Source: Nitrospirota bacterium (GTDB lineage: Bacteria > Nitrospirota > UBA9217). From it: a stretch of DNA of 27,657 bases. A program made the position numbers and the translations under genes. The notes below the pieces were generated by a model. That model was given only the letters and a program-made list of their open reading frames with translations. It did not search any database and was not told the DNA's origin. The stretch is taken from assembly GCA_963749655.1 (NCBI GenBank), contig CAVVOB010000004.1:1-27657 (forward strand). The letters are read 5' to 3'. This document shows, piece after piece, positions 16,623-26,456 of this stretch (the first letter of the stretch is position 1; every line of letters begins with the position of its first letter).

Positions 16623-16961
16623 ATGAAAAAAATGAATTGCTGGGAGTTCATGAAGTGTGAGCGGCAGCACGGTGGAAGCAGGGCAGGGGAGCTGGGAATC
16701 TGCCCGGTGACCACTGACGAGGAACTGGACGGCGCATATGGCGGGATCGCCGCAGGGCGAGCGTGCTGGGCGGTTGTCGGCTCTTTCTGCGGCGGCAAGG
16801 TCCAGGGCACCTACGCTCAAAAGCTGAAGGACTGCACCAAATGCGATTTCATGGCTCTCGTAAAAAGAGAGGAAGCATTAACGCCCCTGGGCTTCTCGAT
16901 CACGCGGAATGAAATTGAACAGGCGCGTAAGAAGAGCAAAAGAGGCGACAAAAACCGGTAA
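16623..16961 (+). CDS. Two-CW domain-containing protein
   Basis: GGAGG RBS; KMNCWEFMKC..G.CP..G..AGRACWAVVGSFCGG.VQG....K...C..CDF. Confidence 0.85.
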   Translation: MKKMNCWEFMKCERQHGGSRAGELGICPVTTDEELDGAYGGIAAGRACWAVVGSFCGGKVQGTYAQKLKDCTKCDFMALVKREEALTPLGFSITRNEIEQARKKSKRGDKNR

Positions 16962-16967
16962 AGAGCC

Positions 16968-17058
16968 GACGAGACCCGCGACGAGAACCGATCGTCGCCT
17001 TTCGTCGCTTCTCCGTCGCCCTTGCGTCGTTTCAGCGTCGTTTCTTGTCGCTTCTCGT
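16968..17058. repeat. CGTCGY repeat with about 11-nt period and inverted left arm
   Basis: CGACGAGA x2, then TCGTCGCC, TCGTCGCT, CCGTCGCC, GCGTCGTT, GCGTCGTT, TTGTCGCT. Confidence 0.7.
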
Positions 17059-19086
17059 CCTGAAGACCGACATCTCGTTCTTCAGGATGTCCACCTCGTT
17101 CTTGAGCAAACCGAACGTGCGGGTAATCTCTTCCAGATCTTTCATCGCTGCAAGTCCCAAGTTCTTGATCCTGTCCACGGCGCCGATGATCTCGTCGTTG
17201 GCCTTGAGCTGGTCCTGTGCCGTCTGGTTGATCAGCGTTACCATATCGCGGCTTTCTTCCAGGTTCCGGGAGATGACCTGGGTGCCCACGGCGTGCTCTC
17301 CCGTTCCCTTCTTCACCAGTTCCGCAACCTCTTTCACCTCGCCGATGCTGCGCAGCATGTTGTCGGCGCTCCGGCGCTCTTCGTCCGTGCTTTTCGCGAC
17401 CTGCCCGAGCATAAGCCGGACATTCTCCATGGCGCGGCGTATCTGCTGCAGGCCTCCGGCCTGCTCCTCCGTGGCCTTCTCGACCACCGTGGTCATCTGG
17501 GCAGTTTTTTGAGCGGCCTCGAGGGTCTCTCCCATGGCTTCGCCGGACTTGAAGATCAGGCCCTTGCCCTCTTCGACCTTTTTCACGCCGATCTGGATCG
17601 CGTCCACGGCTTCGCTGATCTGGGAGCGGATCTTCTTCACGATTGCGGCGATGTCCTTGGCCGACGACGAAGTCCCCTCGGAGAGCGACCGGATCTCTCC
17701 CGCGACGATGGCGAACCCGTGGCCGTGCTCTCCGGCCTGTGCTGCAAGGATGGAGGCGTTGAGACTCAGGAGGTTCGTCTTCTCGGTCACGTTGTTGATG
17801 ACGGAAAGAAAGTTCTCGATGTCCCTGGACTGCTCTTCGAGGCGCGCGACGATCTTCTCGATGCGGTCGACCTCTGCGGCGATGTTTTCCATCGCGTCGA
17901 CGGCGTCCGCGACGGCCAGCGTTCCCCGTTCGGTCAAAAGCTGCCTCACCTTCGCCGAGAATGCCGCCGACAGACGGGCGTTTTCGCGCACGGCCGCGAG
18001 GGACGCGCCGATCTCCTCGACCGACGCGGAGGTGCTTTCCACGGCGCGGAAGGCTTCTCCGCTGCTGTCGGCGATGGTGGTGGTCGTCTGTGACATGGCC
18101 GTGATCATCGCATGCGCGTCCGCCGCCGACCGGAACAGGCGCTCGGTGCTCGACGCGATCTCGTCGGCCGCCGTCTTCATTTCGATGAGGGACGACACAT
18201 TATCGTAGGAGACGCGGGAAAGCCTGTCTGTCCCTTCCGTCGACGACCGCTGCTGCTCGTTCGCTTTCCTGATGACGGATATGACGCTGTCGATCGCAGC
18301 AGTCTGCGAGCGCGTGGCTTCGCGCAGGACCTCGAAGGCCGTGGTCAGCCGCGCAAGGGCCGCTGCGACGTCGTTCGAGAGGGAGTTGACGCGGGTGACG
18401 GTCGTGGAGAGCTTTGCGGCAAGGAACCTTGCGCCCGTGGCGATGCTGCCGAGCTCGGCTCCGCCGATGTCCGGGACTTCGGCGGCAAGGTCGCCTTCCG
18501 TTATCCTGCCCAGCGCCGCGTTGATACTCGACACGGGGGAGGACACTTTTTTGCGGAAGAACAGAATGATGGCATAGATCACTATCAGGAAGGTCGCGGT
18601 CTGCATCGCCGGCGGGATGACCAGGAATCGGCCCATCACTTCATTCACCCGGTGTCCGCTGTAGGTCACCTCGACAGCGCCTGCTGTACGGAGGGGAACG
18701 CGAAGCCTGTTCACCGCGGGGATGGAAAACAGCCCGCGCGACATAAATCGGTCCGGCTCCGCGCCGCCGGCCGTCGCTGCTGACGCGGTTCTCTCGACGA
18801 GCGTTCGGCCGCTTCCGTCGAGCACGGTGACGGAGAGAACACTCCCGGTTTTGAGGACGAGGTTCAGGAACTGCTCGAGAGAGCGCTGGTCGGAACCCTG
18901 CGCCTCCGCGGCCTCGGCGATCTGCGCAGCGACCGTGTTCATCTCGTTGCGGAGGCTTTCCTCGAGGTACGCCTTCTGATAGAGCAGAAGCCACGTATAA
19001 AGGATGCCCTGTCCCGCCACGAGGATCAAAAGGATCATTACGGTAAACTGCGACACCAGTGTCTTTCTGAACTTGTCGAGCACCAT
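17032..19086 (-). CDS. Methyl-accepting chemotaxis protein (TM, periplasmic sensor, TM, HAMP, long MA domain)
   Basis: Signalling tip EKTNLLSLNASILAAQAGEHGHGFAIVAGEIRSLS; start taken at MVLDKF (19086). Confidence 0.95.
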   Translation of the reverse strand: MVLDKFRKTLVSQFTVMILLILVAGQGILYTWLLLYQKAYLEESLRNEMNTVAAQIAEAAEAQGSDQRSLEQFLNLVLKTGSVLSVTVLDGSGRTLVERTASAATAGGAEPDRFMSRGLFSIPAVNRLRVPLRTAGAVEVTYSGHRVNEVMGRFLVIPPAMQTATFLIVIYAIILFFRKKVSSPVSSINAALGRITEGDLAAEVPDIGGAELGSIATGARFLAAKLSTTVTRVNSLSNDVAAALARLTTAFEVLREATRSQTAAIDSVISVIRKANEQQRSSTEGTDRLSRVSYDNVSSLIEMKTAADEIASSTERLFRSAADAHAMITAMSQTTTTIADSSGEAFRAVESTSASVEEIGASLAAVRENARLSAAFSAKVRQLLTERGTLAVADAVDAMENIAAEVDRIEKIVARLEEQSRDIENFLSVINNVTEKTNLLSLNASILAAQAGEHGHGFAIVAGEIRSLSEGTSSSAKDIAAIVKKIRSQISEAVDAIQIGVKKVEEGKGLIFKSGEAMGETLEAAQKTAQMTTVVEKATEEQAGGLQQIRRAMENVRLMLGQVAKSTDEERRSADNMLRSIGEVKEVAELVKKGTGEHAVGTQVISRNLEESRDMVTLINQTAQDQLKANDEIIGAVDRIKNLGLAAMKDLEEITRTFGLLKNEVDILKNEMSVFRTRSDKKRR

Positions 19087-19474
19087 CCTGGCACCCCCCG
19101 GGCCGTCAGCGGAAGGGTTAGGACTCAGGGTCCGTTCCTTTGCGGCTGCGAATATTCTTACGCGTATTCTTACGCGACGCATTCAGTGTAGCAGTATTCG
19201 GAGGATTGGTAAAGGCCTTTCCCGGAGCCGCCGGCGGGGGATCTCAGTCACGAGACGAAAGATCGCGGATGGTGCGGCAGGCTGCTGGAAAGCTGTCAAG
19301 GATTTATGGTGAGGAGTGCTGCTTGCTATGCGCTGATCGCTAAGCTCCTGTCGATCCCGGCTATCGGGGGTGCGACGGAAGGAATACGTTGTTTTGCGGC
19401 TTTGCGCGAAACCTGATCCAGGCGTTGAATTATTTCGGGCTCTATGTTAGTTGATTCGTACCCGCGGGTGCAAT

Positions 19475-19506
19475 AAAAAAACCGGCGATATCATCTTCGC
19501 CGGTTT
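19475..19506 (-). terminator. Intrinsic terminator of the 19535-19861 gene
   Basis: AAACCGGCGA-N8-TCGCCGGTTT stem with a T-run on the minus strand. Confidence 0.75.
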
Positions 19507-19534
19507 CGAGCACGCGTCAGTTGGTCGGTGCTGT

Positions 19535-19861
19535 TTACCCGCCGATATACCCTCCCGAAATTTCCGGTCCTGTTATGCCATCGGCTACCCGCACGGAGAC
19601 GTCGCTTTCAATGTCCTTTCTGTTGCCTTTCACGGTCTTCCAGTCAAAGGATGTCCCTTTTTCGAGGACCTGGAGCTTCCAGTCCACATATTCGACCAGC
19701 TCTATCAGATGCCGGTCGTGCGTCATCAGCATCGGGTTGTCCTTGTCGTAGGTCCTGGAAAGCTCCTCCCGCAGCAGAGCTACCTTCATCTTGATGCTTT
19801 CCAATTCCCTGTACACATCCTCAAAGTATGCTTTTTCCTTCAGTTCATTTGCCGTTGCCAT
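19535..19861 (-). CDS. Hypothetical helical protein ending ISGGYIGG, 108 aa
   Basis: AAGGAGG RBS before ATG 19861; coiled-coil-like N-terminal half; own terminator. Confidence 0.8.
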   Translation of the reverse strand: MATANELKEKAYFEDVYRELESIKMKVALLREELSRTYDKDNPMLMTHDRHLIELVEYVDWKLQVLEKGTSFDWKTVKGNRKDIESDVSVRVADGITGPEISGGYIGG

Positions 19862-20452
19862 AATTCCTCCTTGGCGCACTGCCGTTGCCGCCTGCCACTT
19901 ACAATCCCCTCCTGACCGCATCCAGGACCTTCCAAATCTTGTTACTGTTTTAACTATAACTCCGGCAGGGAGCATGTCAAGAACAATAACAGGACCACTT
20001 CGGTACTCTTTATGCAGGCCTTACGAAATGCCCCGGAAAACACGGAAGGCCGGTTTTGAATGGGCAACTTCGTTTCACAACGCAACTGTTCTCTTTTTCA
20101 CCATTCAAGTTCGACCAGGAACAGAACGTATCCTCTTTCCCAGTGCGATTTGCTTAGATCAGAAGTGGATTCTTCCGGATACACCGTTACGATCCAGCAT
20201 GCATTATGCGAATACTGGCCAAAACCACAAAGGGGAAGAGAACGCCGCGGCTTCCCTGCCCAGTCTGCGTAAGCCCGCTGTCCCGCGCTGTTGAAAAATT
20301 TCTGCATTGCTGCTTCAAGGCCCCGTGTCGCAAGCTGAGTACTTTCATCTGATTGACATTAATACCGTGTCGCGCTTACCTTATATTATCGAGTGTATTG
20401 AATGTTCCTGCGGGAATGAGCGACAGAAAAATTTTTGAAAAGGAGAACGTCA

Positions 20453-21005
20453 ATGGCAAAGCAAGAAGGCAAGATGGACATGCAGGCAATGATGGAAATA
20501 TACAGGAAAGTAGGGACTCCCGGCGCTCCTCATAAGCTTTTCGCAAACCTGGAGGGGAGCTGGACCACCAGAACGAAGTCGTGGGCGGGACCTGACCAGC
20601 CCCCGATGGATTCGACCGGCACGTGCGAACAGAAGCTGCTCCTGGGAGGACGCTACCTGCAGCAGGAGTATACCGGCGACATGATGGGCGAGACAGTTCA
20701 CGGCATCAACATCGTGGGATACAATAACCATACGAAGAAGTACGTCGTCGATCTGGATCGACTCCATGAGCACGGGCATCTACTACTTCGAGGGAACAGC
20801 GAGCGCCGACGGCAAGACGCTTACGCAGGAAAGCAGCTATGACGACCCGGTCCGGGGGCCCATGGTCTGGCGCAGCGTGACCAGGTTCAAGGATGACAAC
20901 ACCCAGGAGTTTGAAATGTTCATGATCCCCAAGGGAGGTAAGGAAGAGAAGGCCATGGAGATGACCGTCACGCGAAAAGAAGCCCGCGCGCGCAAGGCTG
21001 CCTGA
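20453..21005 (+). CDS. DUF1579 family protein, frameshifted near 20747
   Basis: TPGAPHKL...GSW, LLGGRYLQQEYTG, GYNN..KKY; removing one base restores KKYVSIWIDSMSTGI. Confidence 0.85.
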
Positions 21006-21038
21006 TCGTTCAGAATACAATCGAATAACCTTTGCAGA

Positions 21039-21076
21039 GGGGCCATGTCGATACTGCCGACAATGGCCCCCCTTTT
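21039..21076 (+). terminator. Intrinsic terminator
   Basis: GGGGCCAT-GTCG..CGAC-A-ATGGCCCC followed by a T-rich tail. Confidence 0.6.
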
Positions 21077-21251
21077 GTTTCGAAGCAGCATCCGTTTTTA
21101 CCGTCGTCAATCTGCGAAACGTTCATCGTCCTGATAGCCGAAAAACGCACTTGCATTTCGCAAAAAAACCAGTAAAATCCTCCAGTCGATATTTTTACGA
21201 AGCACGCAATCATTGTGCTGATTGAATACTTCGGTACTTCAAAACAAGGAG

Positions 21252-21614
21252 ATGACGATGAAAGGTTCAAAATTGATGTTCGCAGTATGTGTCATGGTTC
21301 TGATCAATGTCGGCGCCTGTAATTCCGCCAAGCAAGAGGCTTCCGCAACGGGGTCTCAGGCACAGCCTGTCGTGGCGAAGGCGCAGGTTGACGGCGCTAT
21401 GTCCGGCAAAGTGGTCGAAACGATGAACTCCGGCGGCTATACGTATGTTTCTCTCGAGAAGAACGGGAAGAAGACCTGGGTTGCCGTACCGCAGGCCGAT
21501 GTCAAGGTCGGACAGGAGCTTGCCTGTCAGCCCGGCATGGAGATGAAGAATTTTACGAGCAAAACACTGAAACGCACTTTTGACAGCATCATCTTCTCCG
21601 GCGGTATTCTTTGA
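21252..21614 (+). CDS. Lipoprotein with OB-fold-like (NrfJ-like) domain
   Basis: AAGGAG RBS; lipobox VGAC; SGKVVETMNSGGYTYV, KTWVAVP, MKNFTSKTLKRTFDSIIF. Confidence 0.8.
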   Translation: MTMKGSKLMFAVCVMVLINVGACNSAKQEASATGSQAQPVVAKAQVDGAMSGKVVETMNSGGYTYVSLEKNGKKTWVAVPQADVKVGQELACQPGMEMKNFTSKTLKRTFDSIIFSGGIL

Positions 21615-21641
21615 TGCCGGGGTATGGAACACTGTGATCCG

Positions 21642-21675
21642 AAGGCCGCTGAGTCTGACTCAGCGGCCTTTTTTT
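21642..21675 (+). terminator. Intrinsic terminator
   Basis: AAGGCCGCTGAGT-CTG-ACTCAGCGGCCTT followed by TTTTT. Confidence 0.9.
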
Positions 21676-21863
21676 GTTCGCTATCGGGCCGGGAGGGCTG
21701 AATTCTGGAGTGAGCGCATTTCCGCTGCTCTGCAGGGAATTCTCACTTTCCTCCTAAGTTGCTGCGACCCCGTATGCGCGCTCTCTCACACGTCCCACGG
21801 GCCTTTTTCGAAGCGTGGTATTATGAATCAGGAGTTTGAGGTCCTGATTCACAGGCTTGTGGC

Positions 21864-23622
21864 ATGAAACGAAGCTCGTGGACATCGATAGTCGCGCATC
21901 ACTGCGGCTTATGCGGTTTTCGGTATCATCTGGATCGCGGTTTCGGACCGCATCCTTGAGGTCCTCGTCGCCGAACCGCACCGGATCACCGTGTTCCAGA
22001 CCTACAAGGGCTGGGCCTTTGTCGCGGCCAGCGCGGGGCTGCTCTTCCTTCTGACCAGCCGGGAGTTCCGGAAGCGGGAACAGACGGAGCTGCAGCTTGA
22101 GCGGGAAAAGGAGCGGGCCCGGACGTATCTCGACGTGGCAGGTGTGATCCTTCTGGTCGTCGACCGGGACGAGCGGGTGAGGCTCATCAACCGCAGGGGC
22201 GCCGAGATCCTGGGCCTCTCCGCAGACGAGATCGTCGGGCGGAACTGGTTCGAGTCTTTCGTGCCCGAGGCCGGCCGTGCGGCCGCCCGGTCATTCTTTC
22301 GCACCATGATCGCGGGCCATGCAGCAGCCGGCGAATACGCCGAGATGCCCGTTCTGACAGGGAAGGGGCAGGAACGCCCCGTTGCCTGGCGCCACGTTCC
22401 GCTGACGGACGGGGCAGGCGGCATCAGCGGCGTCCTGAGTTCGGGCGAGGACATCTCGGTCCGCAGGCGCGCCGAGCAGCAGGCAGGCTGCCGCCTCGAT
22501 CAGCTCGCCGCCCTTCATGGCATCGATCTCATGATCACCTCGACCCAGGACCTTCGCATCATCCTGCGGCAGATCCTCGATCTGGTCATCGCCCAGTTCC
22601 GCGTCGACGCAGCGGACATTCTGCTTGCGGACCGTCAGGGGTTCCTGCTGGAGTATGCCGCTGAAAAGGGGTTTCGCGGCAACGGCATCAGGCGGTCAAG
22701 CCTCCGGTTCGGGCAGGGGCTCGCGGGCATGGCGGCCCTGGAACGGAAGGTCATCGCAGTGCCCGATCTCCGCGATCCGGGCGCAGCGTTCCTGCGGCGC
22801 GAGCTCGTTGCCGGCGAGGACATCGTGGCGTACTACGCCGTGCCGCTTACGGCAAAGGGCGTGGTGAAGGGCGTCCTGGAGCTCATGCACCGCGCTCCCC
22901 TTGTGCTCGATCGGGAGCAGCAGGATTTTCTTGAATCCCTCGCCTCTCAGGCGGCCATCGCCATCGACAGCGCCGCGCTCTTCGAAGAGCTTCAGCGGTC
23001 GAACGTCGAACTGCAGCTTGCCTACGACGCCACGCTCGAGGGGTGGGCGCGGGCCCTGGACCTCCGGGACCGGGAGACGGAACGGCACAACGAGCGCGTG
23101 AGCGAGCTGACGATCACCCTCGCCCGGGCCATGGGTGTGAAGGAAGAGGACCTCGGCCACATCAGGCGCGGCGCGCTCCTCCATGATATCGGCAAGATCG
23201 GCATTCCCGACAGCATCCTCCGGAAGCCCGGGCCCCTGACCGAGGAGGAACGGCGCATCATGGAGCAGCATCCCGTCTTCGCCTTCGAAATGCTCCGGCC
23301 GATCGCCTACCTGCGGCGCGCCCTCGACATCCCTTACTGCCACCACGAGCGGTGGGACGGGACAGGGTATCCGCGAAAGCTGAAGGGTGAGCAGATCCCT
23401 CTCGCCGCCAGGATTTTCGCCGTCGTCGACATCTGGGACGCCGTCTTCGCGGCAAACCGGCCTTACCGCCGTCCGCTGTCGCGAAGCGAAGCCTGCGATC
23501 ATATCAAAAGCCTTTCCGGCAGCCACCTGGACCCGGCCGTGGTCAACGCGTTCCTGCACTTGGAGGGAAATGTTTGTCCGGTTATGTCCGTGGGAGGCAG
23601 CGCGCGGAGGGAAGGGGGATAA
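21864..23622 (+). CDS. Membrane-anchored PAS-GAF-HD-GYP cyclic dinucleotide phosphodiesterase; frameshift near 21894 (intact ORF from 21991)
   Basis: LLHDIGKI, HHERWDGTGYP, IPLAARIFAVVDIWDA; upstream in-frame AYAVFGIIWIAVSDRIL TM joins ATG 21864 if one base is removed. Confidence 0.92.
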
Positions 23623-23778
23623 ATTGCGGATTTTGAATTAGGGAGTGTCAACCGCCGGGAAATCCGCAATCCGAAATTCGCACTGGTTTTCCTGTTTCGA
23701 GTGCGGCTTGAGATCTCGACTTTGAAGCGGAACGTAATTCGCAACTCGCTTTCCTTGAACCCTTGCTGCTTGACCCTT
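23623..23778. repeat. Heptamer block A as a complete inverted pair, followed by inverted A and B
   Basis: ATTGCGGATTT (23623-23633) and AAATCCGCAAT CCGAAAT TCGCACT (from 23660); later ATTCGCA ACTCGCT and TGAACCC TTGCTGC TTGACCC. Confidence 0.85.
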
Positions 23779-23782
23779 CCGT

Positions 23783-23811
23783 TTGACTTGATCGGCATTA
23801 TTTGATAATCT
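23783..23811 (+). promoter_or_regulatory. Sigma-70-type promoter
   Basis: TTGACT-N17-TAATCT with TGn extension. Confidence 0.5.
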
Positions 23812-23891
23812 TCTGCGTGAAACGGATCGTAAATTATTAAATTACAGCGTTAAGATCTGGCCCTTCGGGTCCGGTGAAAGAGGGGTTTTGT

Positions 23892-24699
23892 ATGACAAAC
23901 TTCAGCTGCAGTCTTTGCGGCGCCGTGTGGCAGAAGCAGGGGAAAACAAATTGCTGGAGCGCCGACCAGGCGCAGGTTCCGGCCAAGCCGGGCAATTGTC
24001 CTTCCCGCGAGCATATGCCGCTCATCAACGAAGCCTTCGACGAGTACCGGGGATCGGGCGACGATGCGAAGATCGCCCGGGTGGCCACGCAGGTCGAGGG
24101 CCTGTGCTATCAACGGACGCCGGGCAGCGAAACGATCAACGCGCGCTGGACGCGGGTGGAGGACACCATTGCCTTTGCAAAGCTCATGGGGTACCGACGG
24201 ATCGGGATCGCGACCTGCATCGGTCTCCTTGACGAAACGAACCGATTGGCAATGATCCTGCGCGCAGGGCTTCGAACCGCTCTCGGTCTGCTGCAAGGCC
24301 GGCAGCAAGGACAAGCTTGAACTGGGAATCAGCGAGGCGGACAAGGTGAGGCCCGGCACGTTCGAACCTGCCTGTAATCCCGTCGCCCAGGCGCGGCTTC
24401 TGAACGGGGCGCAGACGGACATGAACATCATCGTCGGGCTGTGCGTGGGACATGATATGCTGTTCAGCAGGCACTCCGATGCACCGGTTACGACCCTGGT
24501 CGTGAAGGACCGGGTGACGGGCCACAATCCGGTCAGCTTGCTGTACGGGCAGAACTTCTATTATAAGCGGCTGCAGGGCGCGTCCCTGGATGTGACGCTT
24601 CCGGAACAGGCCAAAGGGCCCAAGAAGACAGCTTCGAAAAAATCGTCTCTTACCAGAGGCAATCGAAGGTCAACGCAGAAAAAAACCTCGAACGGGTGA
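23892..24699 (+). CDS. DUF1847 domain metal-binding protein, frameshifted near 24261-24266
   Basis: WTRVEDTIAFAKLMGYRRIGIATCIGL; SVCCKAG; CNPVAQARLLN...NIIVGLCVGHDMLF...VKDRVTGHNP; adding GC to CGCGCAG restores LRAQGFE. Confidence 0.9.
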
Positions 24700-24737
24700 G
24701 GGCACGCTCTCTTGGAAATGAGTCCGATCTCTATTTC

Positions 24738-24941
24738 TCAGTCGCGCACGGCCAACCTGCAGGTAATATCCACCACGGCGTGGGCTTCTTCCCTGCTCAT
24801 GTCGTCGGTCTGATAATAAATGTAGTCGTCAACCATATCGCAAAGTTCCTTGCGGGGAATGTCGGGCATCAATTCGCGGACTTCCTCTTTGAAGAGCTTT
24901 GCAGCGTCAGCGATAGTCTCCTTATTCTCTATCCGGTTCAT
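24738..24941 (-). CDS. Hypothetical acidic protein, 67 aa
   Basis: GGAGG RBS before ATG 24941; MNRIENKETIADAAKLFKEEV... Confidence 0.65.
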   Translation of the reverse strand: MNRIENKETIADAAKLFKEEVRELMPDIPRKELCDMVDDYIYYQTDDMSREEAHAVVDITCRLAVRD

Positions 24942-25090
24942 AGCCCCTCCCCCCAGGCAGGGAAACCGGCGACGGGACACAGCCGGAGTCTCGCGGTGCA
25001 GGATCCTTCTGCTTCCCTCCTGCTCGTCTCCCACGTTTTGACGGAGGTCTGCTTGCGTCTCGTCCCGGGGTGACGTGGCTGTCTTTTTTC

Positions 25091-25294
25091 CTAGCAGTCG
25101 CAGCACGAATCATCTTCCAGGTCCATTAAAGCCATTTTCAGCTCGGCAAGATCGTCGCCGGTGATGTTCTTATCGGTTTTCGCCCGGGTACAGAATGCCT
25201 GTGCCGCCGGATCCACGGGTTCTTCACCGGAGATGCAGTCGCAGAACGAACCCACCGAATTGATATCCACACATTTTTCAGGAAGTGTTTCCAT
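25091..25294 (-). CDS. Small acidic Cys-rich protein ending SCCDC, 67 aa
   Basis: GGAGG-N6-ATG; 7 Cys. Confidence 0.65.
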   Translation of the reverse strand: METLPEKCVDINSVGSFCDCISGEEPVDPAAQAFCTRAKTDKNITGDDLAELKMALMDLEDDSCCDC

Positions 25295-25356
25295 GACCAA
25301 CCTCCATAATCGACTTCTTTCTCTTATTATATCTCAACAGAGCCAGGTAAAATCGG

Positions 25357-25391
25357 AAGCCAGGAGCCGGAAGTAAAGCAGGCCGGCAACC
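25357..25391 (+). repeat. Heptamer block B-like
   Basis: GAAGCCA GGAGCCG GAAGTAA. Confidence 0.5.
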
Positions 25392-26456
25392 CTAGCTCCT
25401 GGCGCGCAAATACTGGACCGGCCAGGAAGGCTCGACCTTCAAAGCTTTCGCAGCATGCAAAGGCCAATAGGGATCGCGAAGCAATTCGCGTGCAAGGATC
25501 ACGGCATCGGCTAATCCCGTTGCGATGATCTGCTCTGCCTGGGCAGGATCGGTAATGAAGCCCACTGCTCCTGTGGCGATTTCCACGTCTTCTCTGATTG
25601 CCGTGGCAAAAGGCGTCTGGTATCCCGGTCCCATCGGAATTGCAGCATTGAACACGGTGCCGCCGCTCGAGCAGTCGATGAGATCGATGCCGATGTCCTT
25701 CAACCTCCTGCAGAGTTCGACGGACTGCGCAAGGTTCCAACCGCCGTCCGCCCAGTCTGTTGCCGAGATCCGCACGAAAACCGGCAGGTTCGCGGGCCAG
25801 ACCTCCCGTACGGCACGGGAAATGCGCAGAGGATAGCGCATGCGGTTCTCGAGGGTCCCGCCGTACTCGTCTTTCCGATGGTTGCTGAGCGGGGACAGGA
25901 ACTCGTGCAGCAGATAGCCGTGGGCCATGTGGATCTCCAGAACCTGGAAGCCCGCAGTCTTTGCCCGTCGGGCTGCGTCCGTAAACTGCTGCGCGATCAT
26001 TTCAAGATCCGCTGCTGAAGCCTCGCGGGGTACAGGATGTTCAGGAGTAAAAGGCAGCGGGCTCGGAGCAACAGGCTGCCAGCCGCGCTTCTCCGGTCCA
26101 AGCAGACTTCCCCCTGTCCAGGGACGGTCCGTGGAAGCCTTGCGTCCTGCATGGGCCAGCTGGATTCCGGCAATGGCGCCCTGCTCATGGATGAACTTCG
26201 CGATCGGGGCAAAGGCCGCGGCATGGGCGTCGCTCCAGATGCCGGCATCATCAGGGCTGATCCGGCCCTCGGGACCGACGGCAGTGGCCTCAACCATTAC
26301 CAATCCCGCGCCGCCCACGGCGCGGCTTCCCAGATGGACCAGGTGCCAGTCGTTCGGCATGCCGTCGTTGCTCGAATACTGGCACATGGGGGACACAAAG
26401 ATACGGTTCCTGAATGTCAGGCCGCGCAAGGTCAAAGAAGAAAAAAGTCTGCTCAT
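25392..26456 (-). CDS. namA: NADH:flavin oxidoreductase / old yellow enzyme, YqjM (NamA) clade
   Basis: RNRIFVSPMCQYS, GIQLAHAGRKAS, EIHMAHGYLLHEFLSP, ARELLRDPYWP, C-terminal QYLRA. Confidence 0.93.
   Translation of the reverse strand: MSRLFSSLTLRGLTFRNRIFVSPMCQYSSNDGMPNDWHLVHLGSRAVGGAGLVMVEATAVGPEGRISPDDAGIWSDAHAAAFAPIAKFIHEQGAIAGIQLAHAGRKASTDRPWTGGSLLGPEKRGWQPVAPSPLPFTPEHPVPREASAADLEMIAQQFTDAARRAKTAGFQVLEIHMAHGYLLHEFLSPLSNHRKDEYGGTLENRMRYPLRISRAVREVWPANLPVFVRISATDWADGGWNLAQSVELCRRLKDIGIDLIDCSSGGTVFNAAIPMGPGYQTPFATAIREDVEIATGAVGFITDPAQAEQIIATGLADAVILARELLRDPYWPLHAAKALKVEPSWPVQYLRARS

Noticed and set aside
16909-18093. 394-aa plus-strand ORF and other ORFs over the MCP
   Set aside because: Antisense shadows of the MCP with no recognisable motifs.
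19153-19176. TATTCTTACGCG tandem duplication upstream of the MCP
   Set aside because: Only two copies; could be an operator or simple slippage, with no further support.
24960-25005. GEMM-I (c-di-GMP riboswitch)-like string AAACCGGCGACGGGACACAGCC
   Set aside because: Stem too short, lacks the GCAAAG/GGAAAG junction and is on the strand opposite to the adjacent gene; an Rfam scan would settle it.
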